A stretch of 64,000 bases of DNA, from the NCBI GenBank assembly GCA_964383765.1, contig CAYLHT010000002.1, positions 62,774 to 126,773 of the forward strand, in the 5' to 3' direction. Both the position numbers and the translations under genes were made by a program. The notes below the pieces were generated by a model. It had not been told where the DNA came from. It made no database searches and saw nothing but the letters and a program-made list of their open reading frames with translations. The stretch is from an uncultured Gammaproteobacteria bacterium (GTDB lineage Bacteria; Patescibacteriota; Patescibacteriia; SBBC01; CAIJZX01). Shown one piece after another: positions 19,553 to 30,700 of the stretch (position 1 is the stretch's first letter; every line of letters begins with the position of its first letter).

Positions 19553-21228
19553 CGAAGTCATCGGCAATCGTCATTGTGTCTGTGGTGCTCCTGTGGTTTG
19601 GCTTGCATCCTGCCCGAGCCTCGGCGGCCAGCCTGTATTTTAGTCCTAGTCAAAAATCAGTTGTCACCGGGGGTCGAGTAACCGTGACACTCAAGGTCAA
19701 TGCTCAAGGTCAAGCAATCAATGCTGCGGAGGGCAGTATCCGGTTCTCCAATTCGCTGCTGCGGCTGGTCTCCATCAGCAAAAGCGGATCAATTTTTACT
19801 TTTTGGCCAGTCGAACCATATGGTTCGACTACTGCAGGCACAGTCAGCTTCTCTGGCGGTCTCCCGAATCCGGGCTACGCTGGTTCAAGCGGCACACTTG
19901 TCAGCCTCAGTTTTGAAGCGCTCAGTAGCGGTACCGCCGAACTTTCCATTTCGGGCGCGAAAGTTTTAGCCAACGACGGTCAAGGCACAAATGTCCTCAC
20001 TACCTATGGTTCAGCTAGCCTGACCATCGGCGCCGCCAGCGCTCCTCCGCCCACCCCGCCAACTGACTCACCGCGACCAGCCCCAATCGTGAGTTCGACA
20101 ACGTTCCCAGACCAAAGTACCTGGTATACATCCGAGCAGGGGAACGTGAGTTGGACGAAACCAAGCGGAGTCACCGGCTTCAGCTTTCATCTCAGTCAGG
20201 ATCTGAACGATGTCGTCGATGAAACGGTTGACACCACCTCGACCACGACGTCGATTGATGTCTTGACCGATGGCGTGTGGTACTTTGCCGTTCGGGCCAA
20301 GTCTGCAAGCGGATGGAGCGCGCCCAGCCGCTTCCGCATTCAGCGCGACCATACTCCGCCCGCCGACTTCACCATACAGATCCAGCGCGATCGTGGAGTG
20401 ACCGACCCCTCTCCCCACGTTGTGTTTACCGCCACTGATGAAACCAGCGGGATTGATCACTACACCTTATCGCTTGATGGTGGGACGGCCACTGAAGTGA
20501 GCAGTCCGGCCAATTTGGCTAATCTGACTGCCGGCCACCACCACGTCATGGTCATCGCTTTTGATCGAGCCGGTAATCAGACGACTAGTCAGACTACTTT
20601 CGATCAGGTCGGTTATCCGGCTCCGATCATCACCAATCTGACGAGCCCACTATTGCTACTGGATCGACTGATTGTTAAAGGGACTGCCACGGCCGGCGAC
20701 ACCGTGACCGTCTTTATAGACAATCAACCGATTGGCCAAGCCATTGCTGGTCAGGTTGATACGAGTGCTCAGGCGGAAGGAGTGACGGTCCGGGCGCCGT
20801 GGATTCTGACGACCGACCATATCTTTCGGCCAGGGCACTATCAGGTGACCGCCCAAGCCGCGGGAGTCAACGGCGAACTCAGCGTAATGACCGATCCGAG
20901 CCCGCTCCTCGTATCGGGGCACTCAATTTGGCTGAGTGGCCAACCGATTGCGACGATCGCCCTGGCCCCGGTGGCCGCGATCGGGTTTGTGGTCTTAGTT
21001 GGTTTGATCACCTTGAGCATGGCGCAGCTACTGTGGACAGTCAGACGCATGCATCTGCGGGAAGTAACCGTCGAACGCGAACTTGAAGATTTACGACGGC
21101 GGGTCAAACGTGGGCAAACCACCTCGGTTGGCCTGGACGAATCATTGGAGGATATAGAACGAGACTTAGTTCGGCCTCGGCGCTCGACCGTTCGTCGGCC
21201 TCGACGCACTGGCCGTCGCCGATCGTAA
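19549..21228 (+). CDS. Cohesin-like domain protein, membrane anchored, with basic coiled-coil tail
   Basis: SLYFSPS...AINAAEGSIRF...GTVSFSGGLPNPG; ATGA overlap with the previous gene; C-terminal TM helix. Confidence 0.82.
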   Translation: MTKSSAIVIVSVVLLWFGLHPARASAASLYFSPSQKSVVTGGRVTVTLKVNAQGQAINAAEGSIRFSNSLLRLVSISKSGSIFTFWPVEPYGSTTAGTVSFSGGLPNPGYAGSSGTLVSLSFEALSSGTAELSISGAKVLANDGQGTNVLTTYGSASLTIGAASAPPPTPPTDSPRPAPIVSSTTFPDQSTWYTSEQGNVSWTKPSGVTGFSFHLSQDLNDVVDETVDTTSTTTSIDVLTDGVWYFAVRAKSASGWSAPSRFRIQRDHTPPADFTIQIQRDRGVTDPSPHVVFTATDETSGIDHYTLSLDGGTATEVSSPANLANLTAGHHHVMVIAFDRAGNQTTSQTTFDQVGYPAPIITNLTSPLLLLDRLIVKGTATAGDTVTVFIDNQPIGQAIAGQVDTSAQAEGVTVRAPWILTTDHIFRPGHYQVTAQAAGVNGELSVMTDPSPLLVSGHSIWLSGQPIATIALAPVAAIGFVVLVGLITLSMAQLLWTVRRMHLREVTVERELEDLRRRVKRGQTTSVGLDESLEDIERDLVRPRRSTVRRPRRTGRRRS

Positions 21229-21268
21229 ACGGGATGATCAAGGTCGCAACCACCTCAGGGTACCAGTC

Positions 21269-21297
21269 TTGCCAACGGAAGAAAAAGCTGATATCCT
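21269..21297 (+). promoter_or_regulatory. Promoter for tRNA-Val/lepB/hisS
   Basis: TTGCCA, 17 bp, TATCCT with extended TG. Confidence 0.55.
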
Positions 21298-21351
21298 GTG
21301 GCTATTCTTGTGTCAGCTAAGGCATTTCTAACCTGACCAAGCCTGAACCGC

Positions 21352-21429
21352 GGGTGATTAGCTCAGCCCGGTTAGAGCGTTCCGTTCACATCGGAAAGGT
21401 CTCAGGTTCAAATCCTGAATCACCCACCA
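21352..21429 (+). tRNA. tRNA-Val(CAC)
   Basis: Acceptor stem GGGTGAT/ATCACCC, anticodon arm TTCCG-TTCACAT-CGGAA, T-loop TTCAAAT, encoded CCA. Confidence 0.96.
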
Positions 21430-22127
21430 TGCCCACCCCCAACTCCCAGCAGCCACCCGAAAATCCCCTTGGCGACCCGCGCCGTTTTAAGGGCCTGAGT
21501 ACCGATCTCAAGAAATTGGCGGCCACCGAGCCGCGATCAGAGTTTTTACCAAGCTTTCAACGTTCAGTTGGCGGTTTTGCAAGTGAACTGATCAAGATTA
21601 TTCTGATCGCGTTCGCGATCATTATCCCACTTCGGTTTTTTATCCTGCAGCCGTTCTATGTCAAAGGGGCCTCGATGGAACCAAATTTTCACGATAATGA
21701 ATACTTAATCATTGATGAACTCTCCTATCGCCTGCACGCGCCCCAACGCGGTGATGTGATCGTGCTGAAAAACCCCAGCCAACCGTCAGAATTTCTGATT
21801 AAACGTATTATTGGTTTACCGAATGAGCGTCTGACGATTGCGGATGGTGCCGTCACGATTTATAACGCGACCTGGCCAGACGGCGGAGTGCTCGACGAAT
21901 CAAGTTACTTACCGACCGGTCGAGAAACCTTTGGGCAACTCGATGTCACCTTAGGGCCGGGAGAATACTATGTCCTGGGTGATAACCGGCCGGCCAGCTT
22001 GGACTCACGCGTATTTGGACCGGTCCTTCGGTCGGCGATTATCGGCCGGACGGCAGTCCGGGCTTGGCCGTTATATCGGGCGCGGACATTTAGCACACCC
22101 ACCATCGATCGAAAAGTCGTCAAGTAA
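21429..22127 (+). CDS. lepB: Signal peptidase I
   Basis: GASMEPNF (catalytic Ser), LIKRIIGLP (Lys), GDNRPASLDSR. The first ATG after the tRNA is at 21429. Confidence 0.93.
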   Translation: MPTPNSQQPPENPLGDPRRFKGLSTDLKKLAATEPRSEFLPSFQRSVGGFASELIKIILIAFAIIIPLRFFILQPFYVKGASMEPNFHDNEYLIIDELSYRLHAPQRGDVIVLKNPSQPSEFLIKRIIGLPNERLTIADGAVTIYNATWPDGGVLDESSYLPTGRETFGQLDVTLGPGEYYVLGDNRPASLDSRVFGPVLRSAIIGRTAVRAWPLYRARTFSTPTIDRKVVK

Positions 22128-22129
22128 TC

Positions 22130-23542
22130 ATGCCCAAAGATTCTGCCGCTCCGCCGCAGTTATTACGGGGCATGAAAGATATCATGCCTGCCGACCAGTC
22201 CTACTGGTGGTGGTTATTTGACGTGGTGCGGGAAATGGCTGAACGGTACAGTTTTGAACGAATTGAGACCCCGGTGCTCGAAGCCACCAATCTTTTTACC
22301 CGTTCAGTTGGAGAAACGACTGACATTGTTTCGAAAGAGATGTACACTTTCACCGATAAAAACGGTGATAATGTCAGTTTACGCCCCGAGAACACGGCCA
22401 GTATCGCCCGGGCCTATATCGAGCACGGCATGCTCAACCTCCCGCAGCCGGTCAAGCTGTGGTACTTCGGGCCGTTCTTCCGACACGATCGACCGCAAGC
22501 CGGCCGCTACCGCCAGTTTTGGCAATTTGGATTTGAAGTCCTGGGTGCCCCGCAGTCGGTGATCGACGCCCAACTGATCCTGATCGGTCGTGGGATTTAC
22601 CAAGCCCTAGGTTTGGAGACGACGATCCAAATTAACAGCTTGGGTGACAAAGCTTCCCGCCAACAGTACATCAAGGCGCTGCAGAATTACTTCCGGACCA
22701 AAAAGTCAGAATTGTCTGAAGAACAGAGACTACTGCTCCAGAAAAATCCGCTGCGTTTGTTGGATAGTAAAGATCCGGCTGTGCAGACACTCTTAACCGA
22801 CGCGCCGCAAATGATTGATTATTTGGATGAAGCCGCAAAGCAGCACTTTCAAGAGGTGGTTGGTTACTTGGATGAAGTTGAGGTCGCCTTTACCCTCAAC
22901 CCGCGTCTGGTGCGTGGTCTCGATTATTACAATCGCACGGTCTTCGAATTCTGGCCGCTCGGGGACGACACCGGCCAGAGCAGCTTGGGCGGCGGCGGGC
23001 GCTATGATACCCTCGTTGAAACGCTGGGCGGACGACCAACCCCGGCCGCTGGCTTTGCGGGCGGCATTGAACGAGTGCTACTGAAAGCCAAGGAACTGCA
23101 ATTACAGCCCCCGACAGCGGCCCGCCCAGAAATTTTCCTGGCCCAGCTCGGCGATCCGGCTCGCCGCAAAATGTTGAAACTGTTTGAACAACTCCGAACC
23201 GCCGGAGTGCGCGTCGCAGAGAATCTGGTGAAAGATGGTCTGAAAGCCCAACTCGAAATGGCCAATAAACTTGGGGCGCATTACACGCTGATCATCGGTC
23301 ATAAAGAATTGATGGACAGCACGATTCTCATCCGTGACATGGAGAACGGAATTCAAGAGGTGATTGATTTTGCCAAAGTGGTTGGCGAAATCAAGAAGCG
23401 CCTGGAAAAATCCAAGAGTAATGGCACTGCGCCGGTGGTCGGTCAAGTTGCACCGGAACGTTTGGAGAAGTACAGTCAGCCCGACGACGACCAAGAAGAA
23501 ACCCGGATGCCGCCGATCGATGATGGCGCCGACGATGCGTGA
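22130..23542 (+). CDS. hisS: Histidine--tRNA ligase
   Basis: LRGMKD, KEMYTF, LRPENTAS, RPQAGRYRQFWQ, LVRGLDYY, GGGRYD motifs. Confidence 0.98.
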   Translation: MPKDSAAPPQLLRGMKDIMPADQSYWWWLFDVVREMAERYSFERIETPVLEATNLFTRSVGETTDIVSKEMYTFTDKNGDNVSLRPENTASIARAYIEHGMLNLPQPVKLWYFGPFFRHDRPQAGRYRQFWQFGFEVLGAPQSVIDAQLILIGRGIYQALGLETTIQINSLGDKASRQQYIKALQNYFRTKKSELSEEQRLLLQKNPLRLLDSKDPAVQTLLTDAPQMIDYLDEAAKQHFQEVVGYLDEVEVAFTLNPRLVRGLDYYNRTVFEFWPLGDDTGQSSLGGGGRYDTLVETLGGRPTPAAGFAGGIERVLLKAKELQLQPPTAARPEIFLAQLGDPARRKMLKLFEQLRTAGVRVAENLVKDGLKAQLEMANKLGAHYTLIIGHKELMDSTILIRDMENGIQEVIDFAKVVGEIKKRLEKSKSNGTAPVVGQVAPERLEKYSQPDDDQEETRMPPIDDGADDA

Positions 23543-23888
23543 TCCGAATTGCCTGTTTTGTAAAATTGCGGGACACGACATTCCGAGCGAAATTGTTTTT
23601 GAAGACGACAGTTTGATCGCTTTCAAGGATATTCACCCAAAAGCTCCGGTGCATGTGCTCATCATTCCTAAAGATCACGTGATGAAATCGGTCGCCGACA
23701 TGACTGAAGATCAGGCAGCGATGCTTGGTCAGATGATGTGGCGGGCGAAACTGGTGGCGGCCGAGCAGGGGATTGAGGCCGATGGGTACCGGTTAGTGTT
23801 CAATGTCCGGAAACACGGCGGCCAAGAAGTCGATCATGTGCATTTGCATTTACTGGGCGGCGAGCCGCTCGGGCCACTTCGTGCTTAA
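23535..23888 (+). CDS. Histidine triad (HIT) nucleotide-binding protein
   Basis: CLFCKI, PKAPVHVLIIPK, GQEVDHVHLHLLGG; start at MRDPNC overlaps the hisS stop. Confidence 0.95.
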   Translation: MRDPNCLFCKIAGHDIPSEIVFEDDSLIAFKDIHPKAPVHVLIIPKDHVMKSVADMTEDQAAMLGQMMWRAKLVAAEQGIEADGYRLVFNVRKHGGQEVDHVHLHLLGGEPLGPLRA

Positions 23889-23894
23889 GACAAT

Positions 23895-23923
23895 TTGACG
23901 AATCATCGAAAAGGTGGTACAGT
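23895..23923 (+). promoter_or_regulatory. Promoter upstream of rpsU
   Basis: TTGACG, 17 bp, TACAGT with extended TG; SD AGGAGGT before the start. Confidence 0.6.
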
Positions 23924-23974
23924 CGCACTGCCGAATTTCGGTTCGGCGTATCCTGTTGAAGGAGGTGTCCCTCA

Positions 23975-24256
23975 ATGATTGAAGTCAAAAAACGCGACAA
24001 CGAATCGAGTGAAAGTCTGGTTCGCCGCTTTACCAAGCGTGTCCAGCAATCCGGCGTTCTGCTGAGGGCAAAAAAACGCCGTTTTTACGAACCCGCGCCG
24101 AATAAGCGCGAACTTCGGGTTGATGCGCTGCGCCGCAACCACATCCGGCAAGAACGGGAAATTCTCCGCAAACTCGGCAAACTCGAAGAGTACGACCTGA
24201 AGAAACGGGGCAAACCGCGTAAGCGATTACCGTCAATTCCACGGACGACCGCGTAA
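23975..24256 (+). CDS. rpsU: 30S ribosomal protein S21
   Basis: EVKKRDNESSESLVRRFTKRVQQSGVL...RRFYE; basic; upstream of YqeY as usual. Confidence 0.9.
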   Translation: MIEVKKRDNESSESLVRRFTKRVQQSGVLLRAKKRRFYEPAPNKRELRVDALRRNHIRQEREILRKLGKLEEYDLKKRGKPRKRLPSIPRTTA

Positions 24257-24258
24257 TC

Positions 24259-24699
24259 ATGCCGCTGCTACAAAAAATCGAGGACGACTACAAAGTTGCA
24301 TTTAAGGCACACCAGGATGCCAAGGTGAATGTCTTGCGGATGGTCAAAGCGGCTATCAAAAACGCGGAAATTCAAGCTCGGCACACCTTGAACGATGACG
24401 AAATTATCGCAGTCATGACCAAGGAAGCCAAGCGGCGGCGCGAAGCCATAGCGATGTATCAACAAGCTAACCGTCAGGATCTCGTCACATCGGAAAATGC
24501 GGAACTGCAGGAATTGATGTATTACCTGCCGACCGAGATGAGTGACAGTGAGCTCGATCAGGTTGTGACCGGAGTGATCGCGGAGCTCAAACCCACGCCC
24601 AAAGATTTCGGAAAAGTTATGTCGGCGGTGATGGCCAAAGTTAAAGGCCAAGCCGACGGTAGCCGCGTCTCCGCTCGCGTGAAAGCCAACCTTCATTAA
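24259..24699 (+). CDS. GatB/YqeY domain protein
   Basis: LRMVKAAIKN, KRRREAIAMY, YLPTEMS, KDFGKVM, GQADG. Confidence 0.95.
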   Translation: MPLLQKIEDDYKVAFKAHQDAKVNVLRMVKAAIKNAEIQARHTLNDDEIIAVMTKEAKRRREAIAMYQQANRQDLVTSENAELQELMYYLPTEMSDSELDQVVTGVIAELKPTPKDFGKVMSAVMAKVKGQADGSRVSARVKANLH

Positions 24700-24726
24700 A
24701 CAGACGTAACGCCAATCCACCTCAGG

Positions 24727-27700
24727 ATGCTTGCCCTGAGAAAAACTACAATTTCAAGACTGTTCATCGTCGGTGTGATCACCGCCGCTGTGATCGTGGT
24801 CGGCGGATGGTTCGTGGTTCCGCGTGTCACGTCGGCCTTGAGCATCGAACCGGTTGGCAACACTCTCGGCCTGGCTTCGACTGACCTGGTTGATATTGCG
24901 ATCAATGTCGTCAAGTGGGCGCTCGGATTTGTGTCGCTCGTGGCTGTCTCATATCTTATCTACGGCGGGTATTTGTGGTTGACGGCGGCCGGCAATGAAC
25001 AGCGCGTCGAAAAAGCTAAACAAGTCATTCTCCAAGCCGTGATTGGGATTGTGATTATCATCCTGGCCTGGGCGATTGTCCTGTTTGCCGCGCGCACGGC
25101 CAGTAACGTCACAAGTGGCAGTAACACGAACTCCGGTGGCGGACCACCCTGCCCATTATGCACCGGCGGAACATTTAACCTGACCGCCGTGACGTCGTGT
25201 TCTGCGGCGCCGAACTATGCCGACAACGTACCGCGTTCGAGCGCGATTTCCATGACGTTCAATACTGATGTCGATAGTCAATCTGTCAAAAAAGCGGTGG
25301 AGGCGAGCGGTGCAGCCAACAATCCGAAGCTCCAGATTGAGTTTTGTGGAACTGACCCGAATTGCGGAACACCGAGCACGCCCAAACCGCTCAACCAGCA
25401 AATATACTCCGGCGCAACCACCACCGGTGCCCAGGGTAGTCCCAAGCAGGAATGGGTCGCCAGCGGTAATACCGTCACCTTCTATCATTTATCGTTCTCC
25501 ACCGATCCAGCCAGTTCCGATAACCAGTATTTTGAAGCTGGAAAATATTACCGCTTGACTATTCCCCGTCACACCTCGAACACGGCCCTACTCGACATGC
25601 AGTCCCGGGTGTTAGAGAACTGTGGTGACGATCCGCTGAGCGGGATCGTTGGCGATCACTGCGACACGTCGAATCCGGACCTGATCCGTTGGACGTTCCA
25701 AACCGGAAGTGATACCGATGGTCCAGCTCTGCAAGTCACGTCGACCCAACCGAGTTCCACGTACCTGGTCGCATCCTCCAACACCAAGCCCGATCGCAAT
25801 ATTCCGCGCAACGCCGCGCTCAATGTCAGCTTTTCCACCGCGATTGATCCGGCCTCAGTCAGCACGGCGAACTTCCGGGTCTACAAGTTTACAACTCCGC
25901 CTGACCCCAATACGGGCAACGGGGGCGTGACGGATACGAACCCGCTCGATCCGGCCACCTTTGACATTCGCGTCAGCCCTGATGGTCGGGGTGCTTGGCT
26001 GCAGCTGAAAACGACACTGTTTGAAAGTTTCACGTGGTATAAAGTCGTGGTTGAAAAAATTCGCAATTTGTGCGGAACAGCCATGGCGAATCCCTACACC
26101 TGGGTATTTGAAACGAGTGACGCCGCTCCGGGCGTGGCCCAAGTGTACCCGAGCGACCAATTTTCCCATGCTTGTCCGTCCACGAAAGTCTTCATTCAGT
26201 ACACCACCTCGATGTGGAAGGTGGGCAGCGGTAGTTTCAACTGTTCCCCCAGTGCAGCCGGTTCCTACGTGACGAATGGCGCGATGTCGCCGACTCCCGC
26301 CGGGCGAGGGTTTACTGTGGTTGATCAATTCAATCAAGCCGACCCCTATAACACCTGTAAGATGTACAGCTTCACGCCGGAGAGCGCGAACCTCACCCCC
26401 GGCACGACGTACCATGTTGGAGTCGACTCTTCCTTGGTGTATGACGCGAACGGCACGAAGCTCAACTATGGCGACACGCCGCCGGCCAGCACGCCGTCCA
26501 AGGGGCCGTGGAGTTTCACCGTCGACCCGGCCGACAAGTGCTACCAACCGCCGGTGATTACCGCCGTTCAACCCAACCAGGGACAAGCCGGGCAGTGCGT
26601 GTCCGTCATTGGCGATTACTTCCTCAAGCCGAATACCACTTCCCCGGGTACGAATGACAAGCTGACTCTTGGCAGCCAGAATCAAGCTGTTCAGTCCGGA
26701 GCCTGGAATCGACAATCGATTGTCTCGAAAGTCGACGCGACGAATTTAGCGGCCGGCCAATCCCATCCCTACCAAGTGACAGTTGATTACGGCGGGCAGA
26801 TTGGGTTGCTCAAGAGCAACGCTATGAACTTCTTGTTGAACAGCGGGACCAACACGAATGGTGTGTGCTTGTACTCGCTCAATCCCAACCAAGGTCAAAC
26901 CGGGTCAGGCCTAGTTGCGTCGGGAGAAGGTTTTGGGTCGTATGTTGTGAATCAAAGTAAAATCTTGGCGAGTCCGTCCACAACTGGAGCATGGCCAATC
27001 TCCAGCAGTAACGATTGGACTGCTACCCAAATCAATAATATTTCGGCGGCCACGAATGTACCCGTCGGACAAAGTCAGATTACTGCGCAGATTAGTGTTC
27101 AACGATCCGATGGGGCGACCAGCAATGCATTACCGTTTACCGTCCAAGCGCCAACCACCGGTACGCCCACGGTCGAAGAAAATGCTAGTTGCGACATTGC
27201 CCAAAACATCACCCCCAGTCCAAACCCGCGCCGGGGGGACACTGAGGTTTGTAAGAATGCCCTGGTCTCAGCCCGGTTTACCATGCCGATGGATTTAGCA
27301 ACCCTGACTGCTGCCAATATCACTCTGCGTTCATGCACCAGCTCAACGAGCTGCACAAATCCGGTCACCGCCCCGGTCAATCAGCTAGGGAATAATGGTT
27401 TCACGATGACTCCGAATGGGGGTTTTGGAAGAAATACCCTGTACGAAGTGACCATCTCGACCGGGGTCAAATCCGATATCTCCGTTGGGAATAAACCAAT
27501 GGCGAGTCCGTATACCTGGCAATTCAAGACGGCGGACACGAACGACAATTGTCCAGTCGCCGGGGTGACAATCACGCCAGCCGGACCGTTGGTCGAGCGT
27601 ACCACTCCATATGGGATCAATGGAAACGGTGAACCACTGACCGCGCTAACCGTTGATCAATCGTGCCGGGTCTTAAATCCTGGGACAGGCACTTTTACCT

Positions 27701-30700
27701 GGTCAATCACATCATCTCCGCACGTGGCTGATCTTCAACCCACGAACACGTCGTCGAGCAACGTGGCAACTGATCCACAACCCGGACCGCCGGATGTCGG
27801 ATCAGCTCAAATCAAAGTTGCGGTGGCCACCAAGACTTCAGCTCCAGTCACGATTACGTATGATCCGACGAGCTGCCAGACGAGCGCCGACTGTGCCAAG
27901 AATCGCTATGGCGAAACGTGCGGGGGCTCACAATGTGTGAACAACCATTGTACCCCAGTCGTGAATGGCGTCGATCCGACCAGTGGTTCAATCGGGACGT
28001 GGACTACGGTCAAGGGCTGCTGGTTTAGTGGATACGATCCGAACAAAAGCAAGGTGACGTTCCTCGGTGGCAGCGGAACGGCCGATGATCGAGATGGTGT
28101 AGTTCCGAGCACAACCATTTGTGGACCGGCCGGTTCAACCTGGGAGAACGAACGGATTATTACTGAGGTTCCGAAGGTTGATATCGGCCCAAATGACCCA
28201 AGTAATGATGCGGCCACTGGTCCAGTCCAAGTCACGCGCGATGATGGCAAAACCGCCGCCTCAACCGGCAGCTTTACCGTCAACACCACGGTCCACCCCG
28301 GCCTCTGTCGGATTGTGCCGGATAATGCCTTGCCAAATGCGAGTATCACCATCAATGGTATCCGATTTGGCCCTGACGAACCGGCCAAACGAACGGCCCA
28401 GGACCAAGCTAATCTAACCAAGATCGGAACATCGACTCCAGTGCTGATGACAACGTACACGGCCTGGTCCGACACCGGCACCAAAGCGTCAATTGACACG
28501 GCTGTACCGGCGACTGCCGGTTTGGGCGACAACGAAGCTCGGGTCAAGAATGATGGCCAAGATTCGAATCCCTGGCCGTTCCACGTCAATGACCCGAATG
28601 CAACTGGTCCGGGGAGCTGTCCGGCTGGTCAGCAATGTTTCACCGATAATGCGGCGAATTGCACGGCGCTGGGTTTGGGCTGTGGGTTAACCGACCAATG
28701 TTGCCACGCCATCCCCACGATTGTCAGCTTCCAACCGCCGCAAAACAGTACGAATGTCTGTCGGAATATCGCTCCCCAAGTCACGCTCAGTCAGCCGCTC
28801 GATCCGAGTACCGTCAACACCAACACCATCCGTTATTACAATGGCAATGCGCAAGCGTTACCGAGTGTGGGGCTCGATAATCAAAGCAATCAATCGACGA
28901 TTACGGTTAGCCCGGGCGTCCTCAGCCCGGGCGCGGCGCAAGAGCTTGATTTAACAACCGCCAACTCGGCCGCTGTGACCGTTGACAACCCGAGTTTTGA
29001 AAATGGCACGAATGGAGTGCCAGACCAATGGGGGTCAACCCTCGTCAAGCAATCAACTGATGTCCCGCCCGGACACTCTGGTGTATCCGCTTTAGGTGAT
29101 TGTAGCGCCTGCACCGGTGGTCAAGCGTTCGCTGCGCAAAATATTCCCGGTACATCGGCACCGAATATCACGTACCACCTGACCGGCTGGGTCAAGGCCG
29201 AGGTGTCGTTGGCCAGTTCGGCTGGGTTGATCACCCGATGCTCGGCGACTGGGAATGGTTGCGGTTATGACCTAGGCAGCTCTGCTCCGGGCTTGTTTGA
29301 CAGTCGTGGCAGCAATGGCTGGGTCAAAATTGATGTGATTATTTCTAAAACCCAAGCCAATACCGATCTGATCTCGATTGACTGTTTCGCGAATGCTGGC
29401 TCTAAGATTTGGTGCGATGATATTTCCCTGACCCGGGAAACTGGCGGCGGTACATTGTTGCGCAGTGACCATGGCGTATTGGCCGATGTCAGTGGCTCGC
29501 CGTTGAAATTTACTGCCGGAACAAACATCTGCACGATTGATCATGTTGGGGTGACGCAGAGTAGTTATCTGCTGACGGCCGTCAATCAACTGGCCAACCC
29601 AATTCCTCGGGCCTATGCGTACAGCCAGAATGGCTGGATACTCCAGAATTTATCCACCTATAGCTGGGATTGGTCGTGGTTGAGTGGGAACAGCACTATA
29701 GCCACCGCGACCATGACCACGTTGCCGAACAGTTCGACCAGTCAAGCCAACGTGACGGCGAAAGCGAATGGCCAAACAACCGCCCAAGCCAAGGCGAAAG
29801 TCACCTTTAACTCCGCCAACCAGAACGACAAGTCGGAGAGAACTGGACAATCGGACATCACCGTCAGTTTTTGCAACAACCCATGGATCTTCAAAGATGA
29901 TGTGAATGGGACGAGCTGCACGTCGGGAACCTGTAATGTCTATAACTATCAAATGTTCTATTGTCGGGATCAAAGTGGCTCCGCGTTGTTACCCGACTTC
30001 AGTTACAAGGTGATCGAGGGTGTCAACGCGGCTGATCCCACCCGGCTCAAAAGCTATTTCTTTAAAGAATCACAAACCAGCCGCGATACGATTGGGGTCC
30101 TGATTTTCAAGAATGATGCCTTGCTCTCACCCAGCGACTGGTTCGCGCAGCGGTTCCCGTTAGAAACCGGCGCCGCGTCAGCGACCGTTAATGGGTATCC
30201 GGCGGTGAAAACTGGCACGACGACCTATGTCGGCGTGACCAACAACACCGGTACAAAACTCCAAGGGTTAATGTTCGTCTTCGACTATAATTCGAACAAT
30301 GCCTCAGATACAACCAAGAATATCTACGGACAAATTATTGATCACCTCTTGTTCAATCGCAATGACAACTCGGCGAATCGACAAGCGATTATCAACGATA
30401 CCAAGCGGGGACAAGACTTGGCCAGCGTCAAAGTCGCTTTGGACAACTATAAAACTCTGCACGGCGGGTATCCAAAGCTCGACAGCGGTACCTATCTGCC
30501 CGGGTATTCGACCTCGGCTTGGCCATCATGGCAATCTACCCTTGGTCAGACCCTGAACAAGTCATTGTCGACGGATCCCTCGAATGACTTTGCGCAAAGC
30601 TGTCCGACCGACTATGCCGCCTCGACCTGTTGGAGTGAAGCCAACCACGCTTTCCAGTGTCCGGATGACTCGCACGTCTATCTGTATCATTCGGATGGCT

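Noticed and set aside
21354-21428. N-terminal extension of lepB
   Set aside because: It is the tRNA-Val sequence read in frame.
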